A stretch of 64,000 bases of DNA from Euglena gracilis. Lineage: Eukaryota. Under the pieces are notes generated by a model. The model was given only the letters and a program-made list of their open reading frames with translations. It had not been told where the DNA came from and did not search any database. Position 1 is the first letter of the stretch. Each line of letters begins with the position of its first letter. Where the stretch lies: positions 7,938,634 to 8,002,633 of the forward strand of contig CP154954.1 of NCBI GenBank assembly GCA_039621445.1. Reading direction: 5' to 3'. Made by a program: the position numbers and the translations under genes. This document shows positions 40,241 through 54,338 of the stretch, in pieces.

Positions 40241-40415
40241 TAGTCCGCCACCTGTATCCAAAAAGAATTGTGTGCATTGTTCACTGACCCTGTGCATTTT
40301 TCGTCTCCCTCTTTTGACTTTGACCGACCTGACCTGTGTGTTTATCTTGTTTTGCACTATTTCACCTCCACACCGACGTGATGTTGTTTTGACCTTTGAG
40401 ATTGGTTGTTTTTTG

Positions 40416-40470
<55 letters not shown>

Positions 40471-41950
40471 GTCACTCATTCACTCATTCACACACCCACC
40501 CATCTTCCCCCTGCTCCCCAGGTCCACAGGAATATGGGGTCCACAGGAAACCCCATTTTGGCCAAATAGCAAATTTGGGGAGAGGTGAAATTCTACAGGC
40601 TGACGGACTAATCTAGGCGGGGGGGGGGATGCAAACCCAGTTTGTGTGTGTGTGTGTGTTATGTATTTGCATTTTTTGGATAAATTTGCATTTTGGGTTT
40701 TTTTTGTTTTTTTGTGTGTTTTTTGTGTGCCCTCCGTGTGATTTTTTTTCCAGCAATTTTTGGGATTTTTGCTGACACCTAAAATTTTCTCAAATTTTTG
40801 GCATTTTTGCATTCTTTCAAGTTCTCTCCAGTGAAAAGTGTGCCTCCCGGAGGAGCTCCTGAAGGATTTTTCATGAAATTTGAGTTTGTTTTTATTTTTT
40901 TTGCATTTTTTTTGCGAGGGTCCATGTTGCATTTCCTCTGCATGTCTGGGTGGGGAATCTGGGGTGAGAGAGGGTCCCACCCACACCCACCCACACGAAC
41001 ACAGCCACACCACCACACATACCTCACACAAACATGCACGTGCACACGCACGCGCGCGCGCGCGCGCGCACACACACACACACACCCACGCACGCAAGCA
41101 CTGCTGGACTGCAAGAACTAGAAGCACGCAAGAACTGGACGCCCCCACCCCCCAAACGCACAAACACCCACACCCACCACCCCATCCACCTCAAAACATC
41201 CACACCCACAAAACCATCACCCCCCCACCCCCCCACACACATTAATTAGGACGAATTTTTCAGGGTGAAGGGGCGGGTGTTCAGGAGAGCTGCAGGGCAG
41301 CGGGGGTGTCCCCAAGGTGTGCTCGACCCATCCCGGCACACCTGAACGTGGCGTCGCGCTGCCATTTTCAACGGGGCCTAAAATAAGACTCTTTCACCTC
41401 CTTGAAGCCTGTCTTTCCTCAGCGGCCATCCTCCGGCTTGGGCTCTCGCCAAGCCTGGGGTTGGCCTCGAGGAGGGCTTTTATGTCTATGAGGTGGGTGC
41501 CGCCCGCCGCTCTGCTCCACAGCTCCAGAAGTTCTCGAGGCGCTTGGACCTTCACCTCGTCCCAAGTGAACTTGGTTTCCTCTGGCTCTTCGTCCTTCGC
41601 CTGGGTCTTCTCCTCAGGTGACTCCTCCCAGTCGGCAGCTTCCACGGCCGTCGCAATGGCGAAGGCGGCCTCCGCCACCTCCGGTGCCGCTTCCAACGTC
41701 GGCAGCACGATCTAATGCAGGAGTGCGATGGCCAGGAGCAAAGAGGCTCTGTAGGGGGCAAATTCGGCCTGCAGTAAGGCCACTCCGCTGATCTGGAAAA
41801 GCCGCTTTGATGCTTTTCCTGTCGGACTCCCACGACACAGGAAGGGGGAGGAAGGGACCAAGAGGGCGAAGCACAAGAAGATGGTGAGGTCCTGCTTTCC
41901 TTGCCGGCTGTTCTGTTCTGGTGTGTTTGTGCGTGCGCGGGGGGTGCTTC

Positions 41951-43287
41951 TTACTGCGCCTTTGTTGCCGGAGTTGGCGATGATGAGGCCTCCTCCGACA
42001 TCTTGGCGAAGCTGAAACGCCGTGGCCCCGCCCCCCCCCTCTCCCATGGTCGCTTGGTGGGGGCCCCCCCCCCTGATGGGGATGGTGGTCTCTTTCTGTG
42101 TTTCTGGGTGGGTGGTTGGGGCTGCTTGGTTGGGGGTCCCTTTTCTGGTTGGGATGTTTTTCTGCTGATTTTTTGGGTGGGAGGGTTGGGCTCACCATCT
42201 TCTTGTGCTTCGCCCTCTTGGTCCCTTCCTCCCCCTTCCTGTGTCGTGGGAGTCCGAGACCATTCGGGCTCCGCACTGCGAGATGGTGAGGTACTGTGCA
42301 CCCCCCTTTGGGCCATAATATTTTGAATTTTTGACACGACTCCCAGCCTCAAATAATGGGCTTGGAAGGCACCAAAATTTTTCCACTGACCCAGCTGCTG
42401 GACTTCTTCCACTTGCAAACCAGCATTTTTCCACCATAAGACCCCAGCCCCTCTGGTGCTGTGGGGTTTCCAGTGGGTGGTGTCCACCCCCCCCCCTCCT
42501 GCAGAATTTCTTTGGTTAGGGAGTTCACCCTTTCTGATGTCAAAGGTCTTTTACCATCCAAAGACCACAACAAATTATTTTTGTGCCCAACCATGTGGGC
42601 TGTCCTTTCCACATACTCTTTCAATAAATGCCATGGGCTTATGAGGGGGGTGTGTGGCAAATTCAAAATCTCTTCCCATTTTGGGAATTGCCACCCTTTC
42701 CTTTGCAATAAAATGAAAATTTTTTCTCCCACGAAACTGATTTTTCGCTGTGTCCTGGCTAAATCAACCCCCCTGTGGAGGGCCAAAAGCCTCCAACAGA
42801 TGATGAGTCTGTTTCTGAGCTCTTTCACAGATAGGTCTGAGAGGGGTGTGGAATTCCTCATGATGTTTTCTAGGAAATCAGTGGGGTCCCAAAAGTGGGC
42901 ATACTTGCAGACATTGGCATTCCACTTCCTTTTCAATGGAGCCAGAAGGGGTGAAAATCTCAAAGACCCAAACCCTGGGAGTAGTAAGGCTGCTGCATAT
43001 GCATTTCGTGCAGTATTGATGCTATGAACAGCAAGATCAAGGATGGCTTCAGCCATCTTGGGGACTGTGCACTGCTGCAGAGGCACCCCTTTGTGCAATA
43101 ATTGACCCACCAATGCCCTGAAGGCTGAGTCATATCTTTTGACATTTCCCAGATTTTTTATGTAAGTGTCGATACTGGACATCGAAACTTCCTGGGATTG
43201 TAATATTTGCCTGACACAATCAAGCAGGCCAAATTCCACCTTGGGGGGGGCATCTCCTCCCCCCAGCAGTTGGTGAACAGACCCCAC
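41951..43287 (-). CDS. DIRS tyrosine recombinase (frameshift at the homopolymer near 42490)
   Basis: Catalytic-type motifs LHRGVDL, HSTRGAG, LGQW, AHY split across ORFs 42349-43287 and 41951-42487. Confidence 0.88.
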
Positions 43288-46066
43288 TGGGGGGTACTAG
43301 CAAAACCTTGCTGCCTGGCTGCCTGATTGACATTAATTGGCGCCACCATGATGTCGAAGCCCAGTGGGGTACAATCAACAGACAAATTAGGTCTGGGTTT
43401 AACATTAATCTCTGAATCCATTGGGGAATGATGCTCCAGGGAGGGTTGGCATAAACTGGGGGGAGACCCCTTAAATCTGCCTTCAGAGCATCCACCAACA
43501 AAGCCCCTTGGTGGGGGTATCGACAAATGAACTTGGGGAATTTTTTGTTGCTGGGTGTGCAAAACATGTCCACCTCTGGGGTGATGTGGTTTTTGAAAAA
43601 CTTCAGAATCTGGTGAAAAATGGTCAGATTCAGGGTATAATCCCCTGGATCTTTTTGCTCCCTGGTCAGGGAGTCTGCCAATTGTTCTTTTGTGGGAACC
43701 CAAACCACCTGCAAGTTGATTTGCCTTTCTTGGCAATGGTACAGAAGGGGTTTTAGGATGGAATTTAAATATGGCTTTTTGCCTCCCCATTTTGTCAAAT
43801 AACTGACTGCCACCTGGCTGTCCACATGAAGAACAATGGTTTGTTTTGGTTTTGCCAAAGCCTTTACAGTTTCCACCGCAGACATCAATTCTTTTTGATT
43901 GATGTGAAGGACATGCAGGTCCCTCCAGAAATCCTGGACCTTTTGACCAGACTTTTTGTCCAGCCCCCCCCATTGCCAGGTGCTGCTGTCTGAGAACAGT
44001 TCCTGAGAGGCCTGGGATTGAAAGGCTCTGCCCACACCTGGCTGCAAAAACGTTTTTAACTCCACAATTTGATCTTTGACCCCCTGGGGAATGGTCAGGG
44101 TGTGGTCCCAACCCCACTTTGTGTGCAAATCCACCATTTTGCAAAGTTGATCTGTCAGAATTCTGAGAAAAGGCATTGAAACTAAATAGCTTCTGACTTG
44201 CCCTACAATAGAGCTGAGTTTTCTGCAGCTCATCTTTTGTGCTGTCAGCACCTTTCCTAATTCCTTTCTTAGGGATTTTAATTTTTCCTGTGGAATTTCC
44301 AGCTGGCCTTTTTTCAAATTGATCCACTGGCCCAAATGCTTTATTTCTTGTGTTGGTTCCAGACATGATTTGGGGAGGTTTATTCTGAAACCTGCCAGTA
44401 AAAGATCTTTTTTCATTTCTGCCAAATGCTGGGCTGCTGTCTTTTTGCTGGGGGCTAACAGCAAAATGCCGTCTAGGTAGATGAAAACTACCTTTCCTTC
44501 CTTCCTCCATTTCCTTTCCCAGACTCTCATGAGAGTCATAAACTTTTGTGGCAGGCTGCTTAACCCAAAGCATGCAGCTTGAAATTGCCACGTTTCCCCC
44601 CCCACTTGCATGCAGACATGCTTTTCCAGGCTGCTGTGCAGCTTTAAATGGAAATAAGCATCTTTCAGATCTATTTTTCCACAGAACCAACCCTTTCTGA
44701 GATATGGGAAAATGTTTCCCATGTGTTCCAGTCTGAACTTCTGGGGGGTGAAATAGTGATTTAACTGTCGACAATCTGAAATTAGTCTTTCCTTGGTCTT
44801 TTCCCCTTCTTTTTTGGAAATTATGAAGTAAGGGACAAAATGTTTTGCCTCCTCTGGGGGGATTTGCCTGGTTGCCCCTGCACATTCGTATTCTCTCAGA
44901 ATTTTTTGGGCAGTCATTACTTCCTTGGGGGCTTTGAAGGGAACTTTTAAGGACATTAGAGGGGGGAGGGGAAGATCTGCCATGACCCCTTCCCTTATCA
45001 GGTTTAATACCTCTCTGCTGGCACCTGCCTTTTCCCAATGGGGGATACTGGCCTGCAGGGCTTTGTAAGGGGGCACCCCTGGATGTAATGTGTCTGGGGA
45101 TTCCACAGGCCCCATCACTGGGGTCCTTCCCCCTGGCTGCCCCATCACTGGGGTCCTCTCTGGCTGCCCCATCACTGGGGTCACCTCTGGCCCTGCCATA
45201 GGGCTGCTCAAAGACAGGCTTTCCCCCTGTTTTTGAAAGATGGGGGAAGGTCTGTTTCTGCAGTGGGGAGGTACATATACAGCTGGGGGGTGTGGGCTGA
45301 TTATCTTCTGGGGGGGCCCTGGTGTAGCCAATCTTGGGCCTCCCCCCCAAGGGCTGTGGTCTTGAATGCATTGGCCTCCCATGGCCACCTGATTTTGATT
45401 GAAATGGCCTCCATTGGCCTTGATATTTTTCCTCTGGCCTCCATTGGCCTCTTGGATATAATGGCCTCCATTGGCCTGCCCCTGAAGGGGGGGCTGCTTG
45501 CTTGGATGGGCAGCTCCTGAGGGGTTTTTGATTGAGGGAGCTGTGGGGTAAGTTGGACATACCTTCCCCCAGTGGGATCTTCCCAGGTTGGGATACAGGC
45601 TGCCATAGCCTTGCAACTGGGCCCACTGCCCTCTTGAATGCTGGCTGCCATAGCCTTGATTCTGGGCCCCAGGCCCTGTTAAATGATGGCTGCCATAGCC
45701 TTGAGTTTGATTTGAATCCTTTCGATTTCTGATATCTCCAGAGAGGCTGCCATAGCCTTTGCTTTTTCCCCTGGAAGGGGAGGAATTGGGAAAAAGGGGT
45801 GGAGTCTGTTGGACCTGTGATGGTAGTCCCCCTCTGTCTTCTCTTCCTGACCACTGCTGTCCATGGTCCATGGCCATCATTTTGAGTGGGGGATCCTGAA
45901 AACTTTGAATTGCTGGGGGGTGGGGGGGTTGCGATGGCCACGGACTGACGTGCTGCTGCCGCCTCATCACCTTCTGCAGCTGCTGCTGTGTGTCCACCTT
46001 CCCCAGCTGTTTTCTTGGAAGTTCGTTGGAGTTCTTCTTGGCAGTTTGAATTTCTTTGCAGATCAT
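43158..46066 (-). CDS. DIRS pol: reverse transcriptase, RNase H, phage-type adenine methyltransferase-like domain
   Basis: KIDLKDAYFH, CFGLSSLP, IYLDGILL (YLDD expected), FSDSS/HINQKEL/VDS/ADSLTR (RNase H), VDMFC...YANPPW...VPHW...WW (MT); apparent 1-nt indel in the G run near 43290. Confidence 0.9.
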
Positions 46067-49000
46067 TCTTCATGGAAGTCCAGTGTGATGCTGTCTTCTT
46101 AATTGAAATATTTCTGGGATAATTCCAGTTGAACTCGAAGAGTTGAATTCTTCCTCCTGGAAGTCGAAGGTCAGCAAAAACTTTTGATCCACCAGTTGAT
46201 AATTCGCCGTTCTTCGGTGAATGTAATGCTCCTTGTAAATATTTTCCAAGTGAACTCGTAGCAGTAAAATTCTTTCTCCTTGAGGTCGAAGGGCAGAATT
46301 AGGAATCAGCCAACTCCGGCAACAAAAAGCAGTAAGAAGCACCCCCCGCGCACGCACAAACACACCAGAACAGAACAGCCGGCAAGGAAAGCAGGACCTC
46401 ACCATCTCGCAGTGCGGAGCCCGAATGGTCTCGACCAACCTGTTCCAGTAAACTTCAACCCAGCGTGCAAGATGGCGATGACGACATTCTTCTCCAGGTC
46501 GTGTAGTTGGTCCTTAGTTGGTCCTTAGTTGCACCAAGTTGAAAATGAACTCGGTCCACGATTGTTCGAGGAGCGGTCCTTCCTCGGTGAGCTGGGCAAC
46601 GAGATTATTCTCCACGTCCATCTTGTATTGGATTGATTGCAATCTTCACCAATTATGGATCTTGTTGGTACTTGTTGATCTTGCTTGCTTTGCTGTGCGA
46701 TAGCTTGTGATAGCTTCCCTTTGTAGCAGGGCTACGTCAGCCAACTGCCGGCGCGAAGAGCAGTAAGGAGAAGACGCAAGGCAAGAAAAACAAAGAACAA
46801 TAGCCGGCGAGGGAAAGACAGGTCCCATCGAGCCAAAGTGTGGAGCAAGGGTGGTCCGCCTACCCTTGTCACGGAAAGCCTGAGGGCCCTTTTTTATTTT
46901 AAAAAACCACCGGCCTTCTTGGGCTTTTCCGGCTGGCCTCCGTCCTCTTTTGGGCGCCATCGCGTCCGTCCAGGGTGGGCTCCCCGCCAAAGGAAATTCA
47001 AGGTCAGCCCCGAAAAGCCCAGCTTTGTCGAAGATTTTTCCGTGCGAACGCAGTCGCAGGTACTCTTTTTTCGGGAAAGCGAGGGGTAGCGCCGAAAGCC
47101 ACCTCGGGCCACCTCGGGCTCCGCACTTTGCCCTTGTGAGGCCATGCCTTGTTCGCCGGCGGTGTTGTTTGGATCGTTCGTTGTGCGTTGGGTTAGGAGT
47201 CCCCGCTTAGTGTCTTTTTTCGTCGGAGCTCGCTGATTCTTAATTTCCCCTTCGACCCAGAAGAAAGGATCTTCAATACAAGAACCCTGACAATTGGATA
47301 TCAAAGGATAGGTCAACTAAATTTTACGGAAAGCGACCCTCGTGCAGAAGATAAAATCAAATTTTGTCGACAAATTAAAGATTTCAATGACAAAGGCCCC
47401 CGGAATTTCAAAGACAAAGAAGAGCATCGCTGGTCAACAAGAACTGGCTGCCGCTGCAGCTGGACGACCTGACAGTGTGGTGCAATCGTGGCGAATCGTG
47501 GCTGTCCCTCCCCTCCCAGAAAAAATTTCTGATCACCCACCCAGCGACAGCCACGGACTGTGGCAGACAGTGGTCAGAAAAACCTGAAGGACACAAAAAG
47601 AAAGACAACTGTCAGGCCACTACAGCCAAGGCCATGGAGGCCTATATCCCAGTCACACAAATACATCGTTCAAGCTGGGCCACGGAGGTCACAAAAGCAA
47701 TGACCACATGGAACAAAGGCCAGGGTGGCCAACAATATCAAACCCACGGAGGCCGACTCCACAAGCAGATGCCCAGTGGCAGGGGCAGGACAGGTCCGGA
47801 ACACCCCCCAACCATTTCTTCATCACAACCCCTTTCAGGGGCAAAGGAGTGGCCCCCAGAGGCCCCACAAGATTTTCAATGGGCATGGCGTCACAGAACA
47901 AAGAAAAGTCAATGGTGACTTTCAAAGTTTCAAGAGAATTATTCTCATCAAGGCCCCCGGACCCCTCATCACGCTCAAGTCCAACAGTTTCCTCAAACCC
48001 CTTCAGGGGTAAAGGACTGGCCCCCAGAGGCCCCCCAAGATCTTCATTGGGCATGGCGTCCCAGAACAAAGACAAGTCCATGGGGTTTGTCAAAATTTCA
48101 AAAGGCGGGTGGACTCAACATCAAGAGTGCCAGTGGGGCCAGGATTTTTGTCAAGGCCACTGGGGCTAGCATTATTCTCATCAACCTGGTCAAGACCAAC
48201 AATTTCAAGGCCATTGGGGCCATCAATTATCAAAAGGGGGAAAACCCCAGAAGTTAAAAGGCTGTTCCCGCAAAATGGGAATTCAATATACTGTGGCAGG
48301 CCTGGGAGGAAGCCCCAAGAGGGGCAGTGGATGACAAGTTCTTCAATGCCCATGGCAGGGGCAAACCAAAGCAAGGGGGAAGGGGCCACTACGGAATGTC
48401 AATTGACAACACCAACGACAAAGTGGAGGATGCACAAACAATTGATTTTTTTTGTAGTTTTGTACCAGTGCATGGTGTGGGCAAAAAACCCTGTGTGTGA
48501 GATTGTGTTTGAAATTGGTGGGTTCGAGTGGGGACTTTCTTAGGTTAATTAGGGAAAATGGAAAAAACCTAATGTGAAAAATTGGTCGGCCGGTCTTGAA
48601 AACTTCCAAGAATCGGCCTTGCTTGGGTGACTTTAGGTGGGTAGGCTCCACCCCGCTGCCGTGAGGTGTCCGGGACTGTGCAGCCCTGGCCAGGGGTCGG
48701 TGGTCTCTGCAGGGCACTGGGGGCTCGCTGGGGCCTGGTTGTTCGTGGCCGCCTGGGCACCCGGGCAACCGAGGGGGGCGCGGCATGGCCCCTTGGGCAC
48801 CCCTCCTCGGCTGCAGCTCCCTGTCAGCGGCCCCCAGCGCCCCTCGAGACCCCGGTCCTCCGGCCGGAGCTGACCAGCTGCAGGCACCCTCCGGGCTGTA
48901 TGGGCTTCACCTGCCTGACCGGCCGCCCCTCCAGGCCCCCCCTGGGGTTGCCCGGACGGTACTGAAGCCGCTTAGGATCCCTTCGGGGCGGTCGGCCCAC

Positions 49001-49994
49001 CCCACCCTCCTCCATGCCCACTCGCCGCGGGGAGCAGCGTGTGGGTTTAGGAGGGGTGCGGCCTGCGTTGGCGGCATGCCTCGGCTCCATGGCATGCCCC
49101 CGGGGTACCACCGTGCCACTGAGGCTGGAGGTGCAGGTCCGACTTGGTACCCCGTTGGGGGGTGTACAGGGAGTCTGCAGTCGACACACCTTGTTTAAAA
49201 AGAAAAAATTGTGCAGCTGGACGGCTACTCGACACCGTAATTACTTCAGGCATTTGGGCTTTCGCGTCGGAACCCAGCGAAACGTGCGGGGTTAAGCTAC
49301 CAGCTTTCCCTACCGCATGGGAAACGAGCGGTAAAAGTGCTGTGGGTACGGGGGCAGCTTTCTATTTACCCCTAGGGTAGGAAACGGTGTTTTCGGTTGT
49401 GGGAAACGTTATGGAAATGCGGGGGGACGTCCGGGGTGACGTCACAGTGAACAAGTTTGGGGGTTCGGTGTGTGTGCGGACGGAAGTGCGCAAAACGTGC
49501 GAAGGACAATCCCACCACCAATCGGAGTTGTCGTAGGAATGGAAAAACCAGTATGACATTTGACCCGGCGATATTCGCCTCGAATGCCCAAGTACCCAGA
49601 AAATTTTGTAATTGTGGGGAGTGTGTGTGGTGCTTCAGGATAATGGGTAGGACTATGTCCAAAATGCATCCCAAGTCACCACCGCACATGGGGCTGTTGT
49701 CAGCGGCCATAATTTTGGTGAGATTCTTGGCATGAGCCAAGACGGGGGTGGGTAAAAGTCCTTTGCGGAAAAGAAGGGGGATTCGACACCCTGTTTCGAC
49801 TAAAATTTTGGCCCGTGCACAAACATTTTGGGTTTTGATTTTCGCTAGGACCAAAAGTTCCATGGGGGGTACGCAAAGCGAAGGGTCTGGTGTAAAATTG
49901 TTGTCGCGCCAACTGGTTCATGACCCTTTGCTTACTTTGCTCATCATTCCAAGCAAAAATTTGGCGCAGGGAGTGGGGGACGCGAAAATTTTCC

Positions 49995-50416
49995 GGGTAA
50001 ACGCCGCCCAAATAATATACCCCCCCGGTCTATTTTTTAGAAACCCGAATTCGGGGTCCAGGGGGGTTTATTTTTTGGGGGGGTTATTATTTGGGCAAAA
50101 AAATTGAAGGCAAAAATTGGCCCGAAAACCCCTCCAAGGCCCCAATGGTCACTTTTTTGACGTTTTTGGGCTTTTTTGAAAATTGTGTGGTTTTTGGCAC
50201 ATTTTATGCACCAATTTTTCCTATTTTTGTGATTTTCGGCAACATTTCTGTTAATTTTTGACTCTGTTTTTCTTTGGATTCACACCTGCCGGAGGGGGGG
50301 TTTATTATTTGGGCGGCCGAAGTCGGTCCTCAGGGGAGGGGTTATTATTTGAGGGGTTTATTATTTGGGGGGGTTATTATTTGGGGAGGTTTTATTATTT
50401 GGGGGGGGGTTTACCG
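49995..50416. mobile_element. MITE with GGTAAAC...AAATAAT TIRs and GGGGTTATTATTT subterminal repeats
   Basis: GGTAAACGCCGCCCAAATAAT / ATTATTTGGGGGGGGGTTTACC; sits between the gag and protease remnants. Confidence 0.7.
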
Positions 50417-53400
50417 ACCAGAAAGACCGATGGGCAGGGGGGGCAGGGGTGATCAGTTCCTACCTCCATCTGTTCATCAGCCTAGAGGTCCGTGCCCTCA
50501 GATCTCGGGCTCCCCTACTCCGTATCGGAGTCGGCCTTTTCCTAGAATAAATTGCGCGTATCGCGCGAATTCTATTGCTGTCTTCCGCCATTCTATTGCT
50601 CTCATCCCCCACCCTGCCCGATTCCAGTTTTTTTTCCTCGATGGAGGATATTTTGATACAAACCCGCTGCCTATTGGCAGAACCGCGATTGGAATCACGA
50701 CGACCCCGGATAGGGCGGGGAGAACGGGAACGGGGGCACTTGTATGAGTGGTGGTCTTTAGACCCACGAAGGGAGCAACGGTTTAGCGATTGCGATTGCC
50801 TTTTGGCATCACGGCGACGCGGGGAGCGGGTATCCGCTCGACCGCGGTCGATCGCGAAGAGGATGATCCACTTCGCGATCAAGATTACGAAGAATCGCGA
50901 TTCGCATCCCGATTGCGGGTAGGGGGGTGGGGTGACCGACCTCGCGGTGTGAAACCACGTCCGCTACTGCGGTGAGGTGAACGTAAACGTGACCTACCGT
51001 CACCCGATCGGCATCCCGACCGCTGCGAATACGCAGACCGCGAAGTACGCGAACTCCAGGAAGAGAAGGATCCCCGTGGGTTCTTACTGCGCTTTCGCGC
51101 TTGGGGGTTCGGACATTTGCGAGACATATGTACTGATTGGTTACACAAAAAGCACACTTTGTCCGAAACTTGATCAGAAGAGCGTGAATATAGCACAGTT
51201 TGGAATCTCGTGTGAGGGATTTGGTGTTTGAGCGCGGATAGCGTGTTTTGGAATCACTCCATGCGGTGGGGTAGTGTTGGTATTCTGATTCAATCTGTCC
51301 CAGAAGTTGTGATAACTTCATTTGTTTGGAAACATAGTTCCATCTCTCATCGAGAGTCAAAATGTGTCCCGAGTTCCTCCCCGTGAATTTCCTTGATGTG
51401 TTTGGGGATGTAGTGCAGCAATACTGCATCAAATTGTTCTTTTATTTGCTTTTCCCCTAACTCATCAACTTCGGCTGCCACCCCGAGCCATTTGGAGTAC
51501 CACAAGTCTATTTGCGACTTCCATTTGCGGTCCGGGGGGGGCAACTTGCTGCCACTTGTTTTCCATACTGATTCTGGGAACCAATCTGAGCATGATGAAG
51601 AATATTGCTCAACTAATTCCTCAAAAGAAATGCGTCCGCGAATGACCAATTGCCTGGCGCGTTCTTTTTCTTCCCTTGGGAGGGAATCAATAAACTCAAT
51701 CTTGATTACCTCCGGGTTGTTATCGTCCCATTGGGACTTCCCCTTGTTCGCGATGGCAATGGTGCCTTTGAAATCTTTCTGAGAAACCCGTGGCCATTCG
51801 GTGGTATTCATGGGGGGTGGGCGCGGGTGCAAAATCGCACCATGTGCAAGTACTCCGGTGGTTGCACCAAGGGTTTTGTTCGATTGCGAGTGCGCATGGA
51901 ACATACCACTCAGTGTACCATCAGTATCGTGCAGGTTTGGGGATTCGCGAATGCACGAATGGTGATGCGGTTGTGCATGTGGGGGTGAGGTGTCACATGC
52001 CAGGTTGCACCATTGGTGCTACTAAGCGAATTTGGGAGGTATGACCAATACCTCGTGTGGGGGTGCGGCTGATACCGCGAATTAGTTCGTATTCCCGAAT
52101 CTCTTGATTTAAGAGGGGGGTGGGCCTGGTTTTCGCTTGAAAACCTGACTCATCATCAGAAAGCTCGTCCATTGGGTAATGCTAAGGTGGGAACCACCGC
52201 ATGAGTGGGAACGCGGTGTGCCTGTGGACTCGAGGACTGGTGCACGAATAGCGCTTTTTGAGCTGGAAGATGCGGCAAGTGTGCGAATCATAGCCGATTG
52301 CGGGTTGTGGTGGATGGAACGCAGTTGTGCTTGAATTTGGTGAAATTTTTTTTGCAAACTCCTGCACACTTTGCTCCAAATGGTCAACAACCTGCCAATT
52401 GTCGGTTATCGGGCCCACGTCCTCCTGCAAACGCTTTATCTGCCTACGGTATGAGGGTAACTCATCCAAAAGCGGATTTTGTCGAAAATCGACTGGAAAT
52501 CTTACGAAATTGCACAAAATCCAGTGTCCAATTCCTGTAATCTTACCGCTAAAGTGCGAATCGCACTGGAAATGGCCTCCAATTGTGGAGATGTTTTGGT
52601 GGGTTGGTCCGAATGCGGATCTTTGACTTTTTCAGCCATTGGCTGTTCTTTCAACACTAAAACTTGCGCGGATAGCGCGGTAAGGTCATTTTGCCGTTTT
52701 GTGACACCCTGCTTCACCGTTTTCCCGGTGTTCATGAGACTATCACAAAATCCTTGCATGATTTGATGATTTTCCGCACGCATTTCAGCGCATAACTGCT
52801 CCAAGTGTGTGGGTATGGATGTGGTTGTGGGTGTTGGCGGTGGTAATGTGCCTTGGGTTGGTGATTGCACCTGAAGCACTTTTGTGTTCAATTCTTGCAT
52901 GTGTTCGTGCAAATCGGCTATCACGGTTTGAATGCCGGTAACATCCGAAATACTACCAGCTACTTCCGTATTGCGGGCAAGATTTCTGCAACAATCGAGA
53001 AAGTCTCTCCTCCAATTGGTGCACATACGTGCGGGAGGCAAAACTTTTGTTCCTTGGGCATAAAAATGGCAAAATTCGCGGAATCACTGCTCAACTGGAA
53101 AATGCGCTGTTGCACTTCCTGGAACGCCGTTGCAAGTGCGAAGAATTGCTACAATGTGATAAATTGTCGCAAATCAGGATTTTTTATCGGGGTTCATGCA
53201 ACGTTTGCTGCAACTGTGAAAAAATTGCTGGAATTGGCTTGAATTGATGGGATAAAGCTTGCAAACTATGTTGCATGTTGGAGAAAAGCACGTCATTGCG
53301 GGATTGTGTTTCACACACGGCTTCACTCACTTTTTGAAAGTGTTGTGACAAATGTGCCTGCAAGTGTGTCTCCAAACCTTGACGCAAAGTTGCTACGTCC

Positions 53401-54312
53401 ACATTGGTGGATTGAAAATTCGTTTGGCAATATTCACCAACGTCACACACATAACTCCAGAGGTAGCCCAGCTCGTTTTCTACAACCTTTTGGTTGTTTT
53501 CATCAAAATCCTAAACCTTGTTAAGCTTCATAGCGCAATCCGCTACAGTGGACATGAGAGATTTGCCGCATAAGCGGGTGGTCAACTGGGATGTTTGCGA
53601 CTATGCGCTGAATCACCGTAATGGGATGAGAAGAAATATTTTCCGACTCTTCCACATCACTGCTCATGGATTGTGCGGGGCTTGCATAAGCGGGAACCGT
53701 CAAACGCATCTCCGGATGCCATGGCAATGCAGGAAAGGAACTGCTGGCAATTGTCCTATCGGACTTGTGGTGGGAAGCGCAGCCTCGAAAAAAAGTTGTC
53801 GTGGCGCATCCGCCTCAGAGTCAAATGTGCCTATCGGCACCATTGCAAGATCTAGCCGGGGGGAATAACTATCAGCCGCTCGGCTTTCTAACAAAAGGGA
53901 GTGTGCCTGTTGAGCATTGGGCTGACTCACGAAGGGAAGGAGGATTACCTGAACCCTTGAGTACCCCTATGGGGTTGAGAATGCTCATCAGAGCTGGTCA
54001 ATTATGCCGCAGGTTCAAGTGCTCGGAGTGAACCAATCAATGCAGCGTAGTCAATGGCTGTTGGTGTTGTGCTCTGCATTTATGCAGGAAAAACACAAAA
54101 ACCAAGTGTAGATTGAAACGAAAATTGCAGAAACAAGTGTAAGAAGAGGGGATTGTATAAAAAATAAGCAGAGACCCGAACTCTGAGGTTTGAAGCAGCG
54201 TATACTGCGAACTGTCAGAGGACGTGTCCGTGTGTACGGCTTTGGCCAGAAACGGCTTGTGGTGCCTGTGGTCGCCTATAGGCGGTGCGCCACACGACCG
54301 TTTGTGGTCAAA

Positions 54313-54338
54313 AGGATCGAAAACCTAAACTGCTACCA
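54313..54338 (-). promoter_or_regulatory. Primer-binding site for initiator tRNA-Met
   Basis: Plus strand GGATCGAAAACCTAAACTGCTACCA resembles the tRNAi-Met 3' end (GATCGAAAC T-loop, CTGCTACCA), 2 nt from the LTR end. Confidence 0.75.

Larger units (their letters stand above)
41822..46433 (-). mobile_element. Near-complete DIRS1-type tyrosine-recombinase retrotransposon
   Basis: ITRs 41879-41978 and 46309-46407; internal complementary region 42191-42292 is the reverse complement of both outer ends joined through CGA; RT-RNaseH-MT and YR ORFs; ends share only a TCG trinucleotide. Confidence 0.95.
41394..46620 (-). pseudogene. Decayed ORF of an older element, split by the DIRS insertion
   Basis: Removing the DIRS gives a continuous frame ...HAGLKFTGTGWSTGKASKRLFQISG...; has an internal TAG and an 11-bp duplication; product unknown. 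Confidence 0.6.
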
